A DNA stretch of 64,000 bases. It comes from Longimicrobiales bacterium. GTDB lineage: Bacteria; Gemmatimonadota; Gemmatimonadetes; Longimicrobiales; Gaopeijiaceae. The DNA is taken from assembly GCA_963664435.2 (NCBI GenBank), contig CAXXKM010000001.1, positions 768,001 through 832,000 on the forward strand. The letters are read 5' to 3'. Each line of letters starts with the position of its first letter. Position 1 is the first letter of the stretch. Under the pieces are notes generated by a model. It was not told the DNA's origin, made no database searches, and saw nothing but the letters and a program-made list of their open reading frames with translations. This document shows positions 9,906 to 20,870 of this stretch, one piece after another. The position numbers and the translations under genes are program-made.

Positions 9906-12283
9906 TCAGAACGTGACCGCGACCCCGATCACCGGCAGAAAGGGACGCTCCGCGAGCGGGGTCAGGGAATCCGCCCGCCAGGGTTGGAAGGCGTAGAAGA
10001 GGGCGTCGCGTCGTCGCAGGGCGTTGAGCACGCGCAGATAGGGGCGGACGCTCCAGTCATGGCCGCCCCACTGGGCGGTCAGCCGGGCGTGCAGTTCGAA
10101 GTCGAGGCGGAGGAAGTCGTCGTCCAGTCCCTCCAGAAGGGGCGAATCGGCGGCGACGGGACGCTGGGGCGGGGTTGCACCGGGGTCCGGCGGCGGTTCG
10201 GCGGGCGCGGCCGCCTCCTGGCCGAAACTCAGGGAGCGGAAGGGGATCGCCGTATACGGGAGGCCGGCGCCGTATGCAACGCGGAATTCCCCGCGCACCG
10301 GTCCCCAGAGTTCGCTCGACACTCCGGCGGTGAGCAGGTGGCGGCCGGCGAAGTCGCTGCTGTAGCCGGACAGGTCGCGGTCGGACCAGAACCAGGAGAG
10401 TCCGTATCCGAGCCAGATCACCTCTCTCTCGCCGGCGCTGCTCAGACGGAGGTCCACCCCGGAACTGCGGATCGATTCGCCTCCGCTGGATGCCGCCGCC
10501 AACCCCTCGTACCCCTTCCAGAAGCCGTGCAGCCCGAAGCGCACGCGCCCGGCCAGCAGCTGGTCCAGTGAGACCACAACGTGGTCGGCCCGGGCGACCG
10601 GGAGGAGCTGGGGCGCGGACAGGTCGGAGGACACGACCTCCTGGAGCGTGCGCTCGACCTCTACGTCCGGGGTGCGTGTGGGTTGGTGGTAGCGCCCGAC
10701 CGCCACGCTCAGGAGCGCGCGCGGGTCGAAGGCCCAGGCGAGACGGGCACGGGGCGCAAGGGCCAGGTCGCCATCCGGGAAGAGGTCGGCGCGCACGCCC
10801 GCGCGCAGCGTGACCTCCGGCGCGAGCAGTCGGACGGCGTCGACATGGAGGCCGGTGGTGGTGTGGGTGGCGTTGGTGCTGCTGCCCAGGCCAGCGGCTG
10901 GAGCGCGCGCGCCGTACTCCGCCTCGATGGAATTGTGGGACAGCCCGACGACCGTGCGCGCGGCGGGTCCGCCCCATTCCACTTCGGCGAGCAGACGGGC
11001 GCGCCGGTTGGCGGCGGTCGCAAGCAGCGGGCCGGCACGGGCACCGAGTCGGTACTCGCCGGCTGCAGCGGTAGCGAGGCGTCGTAGTCGCTGACGGCCG
11101 CCAGAGCACGTACGCGAGCGCTTCCGGTGGCGCCTTCGTAGCTGAGCGAGAGGGCGCGATTCGACCAGGTTGCGTCGTCGGGCGCGGCTTCGTAGTCGAG
11201 AAGCACCGCCTCGGAATTGCGGAAGGCGGTGATGCCCATGCGATGATCGTCGCGGGGTTCGTACTCCGCCGCGAGCAGCAGGTCCGAGTACCCGTAGGGA
11301 CGGTCGCCGCCCAGTGGTCCCGTTCCGACATCGTGTAGCCCGCGCGCCGAGGCGAGAAAGCCGCCCCGCGCGCCCAGCGGCCCCTCCACTGCGCCCGACG
11401 CGGTGAGCAGATCGATGGCCGCCGAGGCGCGCAGCCGGTCGCGGCGGGGTGAGCGGGTGCGAAGGTCGAGGATATGGGTCAGACCGCCGTCGTAGCGCGC
11501 CGGAGCTCCGCCCCGGTGGAGCGCGGCGGCCCCCAGCAGCGCCGGCTCGAATCCGGGCATCAGCCCGGCCACGTGAAACGGGGTGTAGACGGGCGCGCCG
11601 TCCAGCAGCACGAGCTTCATGTCGGCGGTGGAGCCCCTCAGGTAGAGCACGTCGGTGGCGCTGGCGGGATCGTTGCCGGGCAGCGCGCGCACCGCCGCGG
11701 CCAGCGCCGGATCCCCCACCCCGGGGGTCAGGTCGAGCGCCTGGATCTCCAGTTCCGGTATGGGCCGCGGTCGTCCGGGCTCGTCTTCGGTGGAACTCCC
11801 GCCTGGCAATCGGTCGGCCCGGACCTCGACCGGGTCGAGGCGCAGCGGCCGGCCGGTCAGCGCGAGGTCGACGCGCACGGCCGCGTCCGCTGCCAGGGTC
11901 ACTTCGACCGCGATCGCCTCGTACCCGGGATGGCGCACGCGAATGGTGACCACGCCGTGCCCGAGCCCGTCCAGGGAATAACGACCATCCTCGCCCGCCT
12001 GCACCCACCGGCGCCCCGCCGGCGTCTCGACCGCCAGCAGCGCGTGCGGGAGTACGCCGCTGCGCCCGCGGAAGACCCCGGTGACCCTTCCGTACACGGA
12101 AGCGCCCGCGGTGTCCGAGGCGCTCTGGGCGGGCACCCGCGCCAACCTGACCAACGAACCGGAGGATCCGGCGGCCGAGCCTGTCGGCAGGACGACTCCG
12201 GGCGGAAGTGCGGCAACGGCCGACGGAAGAATCCCGGTCGGCACCAACGCGCAGGCGAAGGCGACCCGCAACCATTGTTTCAT
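9906..12283 (-). pseudogene. TonB-dependent receptor with N-terminal carboxypeptidase-regulatory-like domain; frameshift near 11035
   Basis: The plug (LYLRGS..VLLDGAPVY..PARYDGGL) is in ORF 10709..12304; the barrel ending in VAVTF is in ORF 9906..12275, another frame. Could be a sequencing error. Confidence 0.8.
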
Positions 12284-12300
12284 GCCGGGGCCCCTGCCGC

Positions 12301-13218
12301 TCAATCCGGCACCTGGAACGTCACCAGGCTTCCGCCGTCGGCGACCCCGGTCGGTCCGGCCACCTCCACCCCGGCCGCGTCCACTACGAGGTACACGTCC
12401 CCGTTCACAATCAGCGTGGCCGGCACCACCCCGTCCGGCAGCTCAACCGCGACCGCGCCCGCAACGATGCTGGCCCTCACTTCCCCGCCCCCGTAGGAGA
12501 ACTCGCTGCCGGTCGCGGCCAGCACGCCGACGGCCCGGTCGGCGACCCGGCGCACGTCGATGACGGTGCCGGGCACGACGTTCTCAAGCCGCACGACCAC
12601 CGGTCCGCTCAGCACCTCCATCCGCCCCCCGACCTGGCCCGGCAGTTCCGGTCCCGGGGAGGTCGGCGGGGCCGGCGGCGCACCCCCGGAGAAAACCCGC
12701 GGGATCCATCCGTTGAACGGACCGGGAAGCGCGGAGAGCGCCCCCGCGCCGATGAGCACCAGCAGGGCCGCCCGTCCCAGCCAGCGGATCGTCCAGACAG
12801 TCCCACGCCCTTGTGTTCCCCGGACCGCATCCGGTCGACCGCGCCCGATCGGCTCGACCCGGGCTCCGGTTCCCGCAGCCACATCCGAGCGCCCGCGACC
12901 CGCGGCATCCTCCACCGCGCCCGATCCCGCATCTGCATCCGGTCGCCCGCGCCCGATCGGTACCACCGCGGCCGGCTCCGCTCCTGCCGCGCCCTCCTCC
13001 CCACCCCGCTCCGCTCCCGATTCCCCTTCCACCCGCACGTCCATCCCGATCGGCACCGCCAGCGCCGCCAGCGCCTTCTCGACCGACTCCGCGCGTGACC
13101 GGGCATCCTCCAGGGTCCGCGCACACGCGGCGCACTCGTCCAGATGGGCCAGCACTTCGGCCGCGACCGGCTCCCGGTCGCGCACCGCGAGAATCATCTC
13201 TTCCGTCAGGTGGATCAT
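12301..13218 (-). CDS. Membrane anti-sigma factor, ZAS/zf-HC2 type
   Basis: HLDECAAC (HxxxCxxC) near the N-terminus; single TM segment; 4-bp overlap with the sigma gene. Confidence 0.82.
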   Translation of the reverse strand: MIHLTEEMILAVRDREPVAAEVLAHLDECAACARTLEDARSRAESVEKALAALAVPIGMDVRVEGESGAERGGEEGAAGAEPAAVVPIGRGRPDADAGSGAVEDAAGRGRSDVAAGTGARVEPIGRGRPDAVRGTQGRGTVWTIRWLGRAALLVLIGAGALSALPGPFNGWIPRVFSGGAPPAPPTSPGPELPGQVGGRMEVLSGPVVVRLENVVPGTVIDVRRVADRAVGVLAATGSEFSYGGGEVRASIVAGAVAVELPDGVVPATLIVNGDVYLVVDAAGVEVAGPTGVADGGSLVTFQVPD

Positions 13219-13721
13219 CGTAACGCGTCCTCTTCAGACGGTCTCAGAAGTTCCAGAAAGCGGCGCTCGGCCCGGGCCAGCAGCGTGCCCACCGACCCGG
13301 GCGCAACACCGACCTCCCCGGCGATCTCGCGATAGCTGAACCCCGAGTATCGGAGCATCAGGATTTCCCGGCTTCGTCGAGGCATCCGTCCGAGCATTTC
13401 CCTCACTCGTTTCCGCTCTTGCTCGCGCTCCAGAGCGCGGTCGGTCTGCTCGGGCTCGGCCTCGTCCAGGGGATTGGAGGCCAGCAGCCGCTGGCGGTTC
13501 CGGGCCACTTTGTCGCCATCGAGTATCAGGTGCCTCGCGGTTGTGAACAGCCAGGCTGCGGGATCGGCGGGAGGCTCGTCGACGTTGCGTCGCCAAAGCC
13601 GCACCATCGCTTCCTGCACGATGTCCTCCGCCGTGTCCGGGTCTCCGCACCGGTACGTGCAGTAGCGCAGCAGCTTCGGCTTCAGTTGCTCGAAGATGTC
13701 GCGAAAGGCCTCTGGCTCCAC
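13215..13721 (-). CDS. ECF-family RNA polymerase sigma-70 factor
   Basis: Region 2 AEDIVQEAMVRLW..AWLFTTAR; region 4 YSGFSYREIA..GSVGTLLARA. Confidence 0.93.
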   Translation of the reverse strand: MEPEAFRDIFEQLKPKLLRYCTYRCGDPDTAEDIVQEAMVRLWRRNVDEPPADPAAWLFTTARHLILDGDKVARNRQRLLASNPLDEAEPEQTDRALEREQERKRVREMLGRMPRRSREILMLRYSGFSYREIAGEVGVAPGSVGTLLARAERRFLELLRPSEEDALR

Positions 13722-13752
13722 CCGAGCCGCTCTCCTTTGTGGCGTCTTGTCG

Positions 13753-13789
13753 TCCGGGAAACGACCGGGAGACGGAAAATGTGACGGAT
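13753..13789 (-). promoter_or_regulatory. Putative autoregulatory ECF promoter (GTCACA-N16-CGTT)
   Basis: Lies just upstream of the AAAGGAG RBS of the sigma gene; matches 9832-9868. Confidence 0.65.
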
Positions 13790-14000
13790 CAGCCCGCCGC
13801 TTCGGCGGCGTCCGGCAATCGACGTGGCCATCCCTCCGCGTCCTACTACCAGCGCTCGCCCGCCACCGTGCCCCGAGCGGCTTGCGGAAAACCTCCGGAG
13901 TGTAGAGCGTTCAGGTCGGCTCCCGGGAAGCCTTTCGCGCGGGGGCGGCCGACGCGGAGGTCTGGCCAGGGATGGGTGAACGAGGACGACACGGGGAACA

Positions 14001-16316
14001 ATGACTTTCTCTCGCAGGCGCGTCGTCAGTTCCCCGCCCCGCAGCCTCGCGTTCGCGGCGACCCTCGTGGCCGCCGCGTGCCTGGCCCCCGCGGCACTCA
14101 ACGGCCAGGTGCCAGCGGCCGAGCCCGCCCCGGCCGCGGACGAGTCCCGCACCATCCCCATCGTCATCCCGCGCATCTCCGGGCCCATCGAGCTGGACGG
14201 CATCGTTGACGAACCCGCCTGGGACGAGGTTGAGCCGTTCCCCGTCACCGTGTTCAGCCCCACCTACGGGGCGCCGCCCACCGAAACGACCGAGGTGCGG
14301 GTCGCGCACGACGACGAATACCTCTACGTGTCGGGACGACTGTACGACTCCGAGCCGGAGGCGGTCCGCACCAACACCTTCTACCGCGACCGCTACAGCG
14401 GCGACGATGGCCTGGCCGTCATCATCGACAGCTACAACGACTATGAGACCGGGGTCTGGTTCGTGACCAATCCGGCCGCAAACCGCATCGACCGCACGGT
14501 CTTCAACGATGCCCAGGTTGTGCCGCGCGCGGGGATGCCGTCGAACTCCGACTGGAACTCGTACTGGGACGTCGTCACCACCCAGAGCGACGAGGGCTGG
14601 TTCGCCGAGTTTCGCATCCCCTTCTCCACCCTCGGCTTCCAGGTCGAGGGCGACGAAGTGACGATGGGCTTCATCTTCTACCGCATCATCGCCCGCAAGA
14701 ACGAACGCCACACCTTCCCCGACCTCGATCCCCGCTGGGGCGGGATCGCCTTCGCCAAGCCCTCGCAGGCGCAGCGCATCGTCCTGCGCGGCGTGCAGCA
14801 GTCCACTCCCGTGTACGTGACGCCTTACGCGCTCGGAGGCCTGACGCAGACGCCGCGGCTCGCGGACGGTCCCATGGGCCCGGAATCCATCTGGGAAACG
14901 GACCAGAACCAGTCTCGCGAGCTTGGGCTCGACATCAAGTACGCCCCGACATCGAACCTGGCGCTGAACGTCACCGTGAACACCGATTTCGCCCAGGTGG
15001 AGGCGGACAGCGCGCAGGTCAACCTCGAACGCTTCGCGCTGTTCGTCCCCGAGAAGCGCCAGTTCTTCCAGGAGCGCTCGGCGACCCTCGATTTCAACAC
15101 CGGCGGGCCCTTCAACCGCCTCTTCTACAGCCGGAGGATCGGCCTCGACGACGGGGACATCGTGAGGATCTTCGGGGGCGTGCGCGCCGTGGGACGCGCG
15201 GGCGGCACGGACTACGGGCTCCTCAACATGCAGACCGCCGCCCACGGCGAGCGCTCCTCGGAGAACATGGGCGTGCTGCGGGTGCGCCAGCAGGTGCTGA
15301 ACCCGTACTCGAACGTGGGCGCGATGGTCACCAGCCGGCTCGGCACCCCCGGACAGGACAACATCGCCTACGGGCTGGACACCTCGCTCCGGCTCACCGG
15401 GGACGAGTATTTCCAGTTGCAGTGGGCGCAGACTTTCGACGAGGCCACCCCGGACGTGGACGGGCTGGCGACGGGACTGATCAAGGGCCGCTGGGAGCGC
15501 CGGCGCGACGTGGGGTTCACCTACACCCTCGACGCCTCCCGGGTGGGGGCGGACTACAACCCCGGACTCGGGTTCCAGCGTCGCAAGGGCTTCAGCTTCG
15601 GCGGCGTTGAGGTGGCGTATGGCCAGTTCATGGACGATTCGTCGGCGATGCTCCGCTCGCGGGGCGTGAGGCTCACCACCCGGCAGTTCTTCCGCAACTC
15701 GGACCGGACCACCCAGACGACATTCCTGAACCCGAAGTTCGAGGCCGAGTTCAGGGGCGGCCAGCGTCTGGATGTGGGGCTGGAGTCGCAGTACGAGAGC
15801 ATCCGGGATGCATTCTCCATCTCGGACGTGGAAGTGCCGCCGGGCGACTACTGGTTCCACGAGCTGAAGGCCAACTTCAACTTCGCGCGCAGCGAGAGCT
15901 TCCGGGGCCGCTACAGCGTGTCAGCCGGGAGTTTCTACGACGGCAGCCGGCTGAGCCTGTCGGTCGGTCCGATCTGGAACCTGTCGCGTTATCTGGAACT
16001 CGGCGCGGCGTATTCCGTCAACCGGATCGACTTCTCGGAGCGCAACCAGGCCACGACGACGCATCTGGCGCACCTGAAGGTGGAGGTGGCGCTCAACACC
16101 CACTTCGCCGTGAGCGCCTACGCCCAGTACAACGGAGTGGACGACCTGACCAGCCTCAACTCGCGTATCCGCTATCACTTCCGGGAAGGCACGGACCTCT
16201 GGATCGTCTACAACGAGGGACTGCTCACGGAGCGCGACGCCAACTTCATCCCGCGGACACCGCTGTCGACCGGGCGGTCGTTCTCGTTGAAGTACTCGCA
16301 GACGTTTTCGTGGTGA
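14001..16316 (+). CDS. Secreted CBM9-like/DUF5916 outer-membrane protein
   Basis: Signal peptide; IELDGIVDEPAW, WFAEFRIPFSTL and NTDFAQVEAD..VNLERF.LF.PEKRQFF.E..LFYSRRIG. Confidence 0.85.
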   Translation: MTFSRRRVVSSPPRSLAFAATLVAAACLAPAALNGQVPAAEPAPAADESRTIPIVIPRISGPIELDGIVDEPAWDEVEPFPVTVFSPTYGAPPTETTEVRVAHDDEYLYVSGRLYDSEPEAVRTNTFYRDRYSGDDGLAVIIDSYNDYETGVWFVTNPAANRIDRTVFNDAQVVPRAGMPSNSDWNSYWDVVTTQSDEGWFAEFRIPFSTLGFQVEGDEVTMGFIFYRIIARKNERHTFPDLDPRWGGIAFAKPSQAQRIVLRGVQQSTPVYVTPYALGGLTQTPRLADGPMGPESIWETDQNQSRELGLDIKYAPTSNLALNVTVNTDFAQVEADSAQVNLERFALFVPEKRQFFQERSATLDFNTGGPFNRLFYSRRIGLDDGDIVRIFGGVRAVGRAGGTDYGLLNMQTAAHGERSSENMGVLRVRQQVLNPYSNVGAMVTSRLGTPGQDNIAYGLDTSLRLTGDEYFQLQWAQTFDEATPDVDGLATGLIKGRWERRRDVGFTYTLDASRVGADYNPGLGFQRRKGFSFGGVEVAYGQFMDDSSAMLRSRGVRLTTRQFFRNSDRTTQTTFLNPKFEAEFRGGQRLDVGLESQYESIRDAFSISDVEVPPGDYWFHELKANFNFARSESFRGRYSVSAGSFYDGSRLSLSVGPIWNLSRYLELGAAYSVNRIDFSERNQATTTHLAHLKVEVALNTHFAVSAYAQYNGVDDLTSLNSRIRYHFREGTDLWIVYNEGLLTERDANFIPRTPLSTGRSFSLKYSQTFSW

Positions 16317-16326
16317 GGGGGTGCGC

Positions 16327-19300
16327 TCAGCGACTCCGCTGCCCCAGCGCCCCCGCCAGAACCACCGCCGCATGCACGGCCTCCCGTCCGCTTCCGTGCG
16401 CGATCTGGCTCCGGCAGCTGGTGCCGTCGGCGATGACCAGGGCGTCTTCGGCGGCCGCGCGCACCGCGGGGAGCAGATCCAGCTCCGCCATCGTCATCGA
16501 CAGCTCGTAGTGCTCGGCTTCGTAGCCGAAGGAGCCGGCCATGCCGCAGCAGCCGGACTTGATGACGTTGGGCTCGAGCCCGGGAATCCAGTTGATCACG
16601 CGCGGCGTGGCATCGAAGACGCCGAAGGCCTTCTGATGGCAGTGTCCGTGGATGAAGGCGGAGTCCGCGGGCGGCGACTGAAGATCCAGCCGGGGGCGAA
16701 CCCGTTCCTCGTCGCGGACGAGGAGCTCTTCCAGCAGCAGAGCGCGTTCGGCCACGGTCGCTGATTCAGCCCCGGGCAGCATCGCCGGAATCTCGTCCCG
16801 CAAGGTGAGCAGGCACGAGGGTTCGAGCCCGACGATGGTAGCATCGCGAACGCGTGGCGCCGAGAGCGCGTCCAGCAACCGCCGCGCCTCCGTGCGGGCC
16901 TCTTCCACCAGTCCGGCGTTGAGGTAGGTGCGACCGCAGCACAGGGGACGGGAACCGGTACGCGGCCCGGAGCCATTCGGGGGCCTGGAGCCATGCCGCT
17001 TCCGGGCACCCGCCCGAAGCCCCGGACCGGCACCTGCCGCACGCCCGGCCGCCGCTCCCGCTACCTCCACCCTGTATCCCCCCGCCGCCAGCACCTTCAT
17101 TGCCGCGCGCGCGTTCTCCGGTTCGAAGTATCGGCTGAACGTGTCCACCAGCAGCAGCACATCGGGCTCGCCCCGGCGGGCCGGAGGATTCCGGAAGGGC
17201 CTATTCGACCACCTCGGCAGCTCCCGCTCGCGGGCGATGCCGGTGAGCCGCTCGCCCACGCCCCGCAGCAGTCGACTCCGTCCGCCGATGTTGATCAGAG
17301 GCGCCAACCGCGAGCCGCGAGCCGCCAGCCGCGGCAGGTGCGCAAGCGCGAGATCCCGCGCGCCGGCAGGATGCTTCTTCCTGTAGTGGTGCAGGAATTC
17401 GACCTTCATGCGCGCCATGTCCACACCCGCCGGGCATTCGCGCCGGCACGCCTTGCAGCCGACGCACAGGTCGAAGACCTCCTTCATCTCCGGTGAGCGC
17501 ATCGCGTCGGAGCCGAGCTGACCGGTCAACGCCAGCCGCAGGGCGTTCGCGCGCCCGCGCGTGACGTGCTTCTCGTCGCCGGTGACGCGGTAGGAGGGGC
17601 ACATGGTCCCCGGGTCGGCCTTCCGGCACGCGCCGTTGTTGTTGCACATCTCTGCGGCGCCGGCCAGCCCGCCCCACCGGCTCCAGTCGAGCGTGGTCTC
17701 GAAGGGCTTGTGCGCGTAGCCGGGCCGGTAGCGCATGAGGCTGCGGTCGTCCATGCGCGGGGGGTCGACGATCTTTCCGGGATTCATGAACCCGCGTGGG
17801 TCGAAGGCCTGTTTCACCTCCCCGAATGCCGCTGCGAGGCGCCGCCCCATCAGCCCCTCGATGAACTCCGAGCGCACCAGCCCGTCGCCGTGCTCCCCGG
17901 AGTGCGACCCGCCCAGGTCGAGCACGACCTCGTGCACCTCGGAGGCGATGGCGCGCATGCGGCCCACGTCGGGCGCCTGCTTGAGGTTGAGGGACGGGCG
18001 CACGTGCAGGCATCCCACCGACGCGTGCGCGTACCAGGTGCCGTCGGCCCCGTGCCGGTCGAACACTTCGTTGACCCGCGCCCCGAACTCCGCGAGGCGC
18101 GGCAGCGGCACGGCGCAGTCCTCCATGAAGGAGACCGGCTTCACGTCGCCGGGGGACGACATGACGATGCTCAGTCCGGCCTTGCGCACGCCCCAGACCC
18201 GGGCCTGGTCCGCGGCGGTGAGCGCGCGCCGCATGGGCCCGCGATGGCCCAGATCGCCCATCAGCTGCTCGAGCCGGTTCAGCCCCTCTTGCGCGGCGCC
18301 CTCCCCGAACGCCGAGAACTCCACGACCAGCACCGCCCCTGGGTTGCCGGGGAAGACCCGTTCCACCACGGGGCGGAAAGTGGGGTTGGCGCACGCCAGG
18401 CGGAGGACGTTGTCGTCCATCAGCTCGACGGCGGTCGGGTCGAGGGTGACGATGTGCTGCACGGCATCGAGCGCGCTCTCCAGGTCCGGGAAGCGGCAGA
18501 TGCCCAGCAGGCGGTGCGGAGGCAGGCGGGCCAGGTCGAGCTCGAGCGAGGTGAAGAAGGCGAGCGTCCCCTCGGAGCCCACCAGCAGCGGCGCCAGGTT
18601 CAGCCCGGGACGCTCCAGGCGATGCAGGTTGTAGCCGGCGACGTGCCGGAGCACCTTCGGCACCCGCCGCGCCAGTTCAGCCGCCTCGCGCGTGCGGATC
18701 TCCCACATGCGGCGGGCGAGCGCGTGGTGCGCGCCTCCGTTCGCACCGCTCGCACTCCCCCCATCTCCCAGCCACCCCTCCGGCACCTCCCCGAAGCGGT
18801 GCGCGGTCCCGTCCGCGAGGATCGCCTCGATGGCCCGCACCCGGTCGGCCATGATGCCGTATCGGATCGAACGCGCGCCCGAGCTGTTGTTCCCGGCCAT
18901 CCCGCCCAGGGTGGCCCGGCTGGCGGTCGCCACGTCCACCGGATAGAAGAGCCCGTGCGGCGCCAGCCGGCGGTTCAGGTCGTCGAGCACCACGCCGGGC
19001 TCGACCCGCACGGTCTTCGCGTTCACGTCCAAGCGGGAGATCCCGCCCAGGTGCTTGCTGGTGTCGACCACCAGCGCCCGCCCCACCGCCTGCCCGCCCT
19101 GGGACGTCCCCGCCCCCCGCGGAAGCACCGGCACCCCTTCCTGCACGGCGATCTCGATCGCGGTCTTCACGTCCTGCACGGTGCGCGGCACCACCACCCC
19201 CACGGGCTCGATCTGGTAGATGGAGGCGTCCGTGCTGTAGAGCCCGCGACTCACCGGGTCGAAGAGCACCTCACCCTCCAGCTCGCGCCGCAGCCGGGCC

Positions 19301-19341
19301 GCGAGGGAGAGATCGCCGATGCGCGGACGGCGCTCAGTCAT
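16327..19341 (-). CDS. FAD-linked oxidase fused to Fe-S/CCG domains (D-lactate/glycolate dehydrogenase-like)
   Basis: YSTDASIY, RGAGTS, GSEGTL, SGEHGDG, CNNNGAC, CVGCKAC..CP, HGHCHQK and CCGMAG. Confidence 0.92.
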   Translation of the reverse strand: MTERRPRIGDLSLAARLRRELEGEVLFDPVSRGLYSTDASIYQIEPVGVVVPRTVQDVKTAIEIAVQEGVPVLPRGAGTSQGGQAVGRALVVDTSKHLGGISRLDVNAKTVRVEPGVVLDDLNRRLAPHGLFYPVDVATASRATLGGMAGNNSSGARSIRYGIMADRVRAIEAILADGTAHRFGEVPEGWLGDGGSASGANGGAHHALARRMWEIRTREAAELARRVPKVLRHVAGYNLHRLERPGLNLAPLLVGSEGTLAFFTSLELDLARLPPHRLLGICRFPDLESALDAVQHIVTLDPTAVELMDDNVLRLACANPTFRPVVERVFPGNPGAVLVVEFSAFGEGAAQEGLNRLEQLMGDLGHRGPMRRALTAADQARVWGVRKAGLSIVMSSPGDVKPVSFMEDCAVPLPRLAEFGARVNEVFDRHGADGTWYAHASVGCLHVRPSLNLKQAPDVGRMRAIASEVHEVVLDLGGSHSGEHGDGLVRSEFIEGLMGRRLAAAFGEVKQAFDPRGFMNPGKIVDPPRMDDRSLMRYRPGYAHKPFETTLDWSRWGGLAGAAEMCNNNGACRKADPGTMCPSYRVTGDEKHVTRGRANALRLALTGQLGSDAMRSPEMKEVFDLCVGCKACRRECPAGVDMARMKVEFLHHYRKKHPAGARDLALAHLPRLAARGSRLAPLINIGGRSRLLRGVGERLTGIARERELPRWSNRPFRNPPARRGEPDVLLLVDTFSRYFEPENARAAMKVLAAGGYRVEVAGAAAGRAAGAGPGLRAGARKRHGSRPPNGSGPRTGSRPLCCGRTYLNAGLVEEARTEARRLLDALSAPRVRDATIVGLEPSCLLTLRDEIPAMLPGAESATVAERALLLEELLVRDEERVRPRLDLQSPPADSAFIHGHCHQKAFGVFDATPRVINWIPGLEPNVIKSGCCGMAGSFGYEAEHYELSMTMAELDLLPAVRAAAEDALVIADGTSCRSQIAHGSGREAVHAAVVLAGALGQRSR

Positions 19342-19591
19342 GGGCGTCCCGGGCGCGCCGGGCGATGGCGCCGCCCGTCCGATGGCGGAAGTTGCCAACG
19401 GCAGATCTATCGGGCAGGCCGGCGGGCGCGTCGGTCACGTCGACGGCCATGGCCGGTCATGGGCCTGTCGGCGGCCGGGCCGCCCGCATCGGTGGTCAGG
19501 CATGGGCGCGCTTCATTAGCTTGCAGGGTTCGTCGCCGGGGGGTCGCCGCATTCTAATCCGTGGCCCTCTCCACGTCACCCGAGAGCGCGC

Positions 19592-20779
19592 ATGACCACA
19601 CGCAGCGGCCGGCACTTTCTCCAGCTTCCCGGCCCCACCAACGTACCCGAGCGCGTCCGGCGCGCCATGGACCGGGCGGTCATCGACCACCGCGGTCCGG
19701 AGTTCGCCGAGCTCACCCTCGCGGTCCTCGAAGACCTGAAACCCGTCTTCAAGACCGACGGCACCGTCTTCGTCTTCCCCTCGTCGGCCACCGGCGCATG
19801 GGAGGCGGCCCTGGTGAACACGCTCTCCCCGGGGGACGGCGTCCTGGCCTTCGACCGCGGCTTCTTCGCCGACAAGTGGGCGGAGGTGGCCGCGCGCCTC
19901 GGGCTCGACGTCGACCTGGTCCCCGGCGACTGGCGCGCCGGTGTCGAGCCGCAACTGGTCGAGGACAGGCTCCGCCGCGACACGAATGGCCGCATCCGCG
20001 CGGTGATGGTCGTGCACAACGAGACCTCCACCGGCGTGACCACCAACATCCCCGACATCCGCGCCGCCATCGACGCCGCCGGCCATCCGGCGCTCTTCAT
20101 GGTCGACACGGTATCCTCGCTCGCGTCCATCGACTTCCGCCACGACGAATGGGGCGTCGACGTGACCGTGACCGGTTCGCAGAAGGGGCTCATGCTCCCG
20201 CCCGGCCTCGGCTTCACCGCCGCCAGCGAGCGCGCACTCGCCGCGCGCCCGGCTGCCCGGCTGCCGCACTCCTACTTCAACTGGGATGACCACCTCGCGG
20301 CCAACGCCAGCGGCTTCTTCCCCTACACCCCCGCGACTACCCTGCTCTTCGGCCTGCGCGAGTCGCTCGCCATGCTCGCCGAGGAGGGGCTCGACCATGT
20401 GTTTTCGCGCCACCGGCGCTTCGCCGAGGCCACGCGAGCCGCGGTCGCCGCCTGGGACCTCGAGTGCTACAGCGTCAACCCGTGCGAGCACTCCAACTCG
20501 CTTACCGCCGTCACGCTCCCCGATGGCCACGACGCCAACGCCCTGCGCCAGGTCATCCTCAAGCACTTCGACATGAGCCTCGGCACCGGTCTCGGCAAGC
20601 TGGACGGGCGCATTTTCCGCATCGGTCACCTGGGAGACCTCAACGAGCTCACGCTCGCCGGCACGTTGGCGGGCGTGGAGATGGGACTGCGGCTTGCGGG
20701 AGTGCCCCACAGAAGCGGGGGCGTGAACGCCGCCCTCGACCCTCTCGCGATGACGAGCCAGCCTCCCGGGTCAGGATGA
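19592..20779 (+). CDS. Class V PLP aminotransferase (serine--glyoxylate aminotransferase-like)
   Basis: GRHFLQLPGPTNVP, HNETSTG, VDTVSSL, GSQKGLMLPPG (PLP Lys) and FRIGHLG. Confidence 0.92.
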   Translation: MTTRSGRHFLQLPGPTNVPERVRRAMDRAVIDHRGPEFAELTLAVLEDLKPVFKTDGTVFVFPSSATGAWEAALVNTLSPGDGVLAFDRGFFADKWAEVAARLGLDVDLVPGDWRAGVEPQLVEDRLRRDTNGRIRAVMVVHNETSTGVTTNIPDIRAAIDAAGHPALFMVDTVSSLASIDFRHDEWGVDVTVTGSQKGLMLPPGLGFTAASERALAARPAARLPHSYFNWDDHLAANASGFFPYTPATTLLFGLRESLAMLAEEGLDHVFSRHRRFAEATRAAVAAWDLECYSVNPCEHSNSLTAVTLPDGHDANALRQVILKHFDMSLGTGLGKLDGRIFRIGHLGDLNELTLAGTLAGVEMGLRLAGVPHRSGGVNAALDPLAMTSQPPGSG

Positions 20780-20780
20780 C

Positions 20781-20857
20781 TGATACTACGGCCCACTCAC
20801 CCATGATATCACTTGTATGGAATCATGATACTATGCCTGGCCCAAGAGTGATATCAC
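20781..20857. promoter_or_regulatory. Phased array of four TGATAYYA boxes
   Basis: TGATACTA at 20781 and 20826; TGATATCA at 20804 and 20849; spacing 23/22/23 bp in an AT-rich gap. Confidence 0.55.
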
Positions 20858-20870
20858 ACACCGGAGAGAG

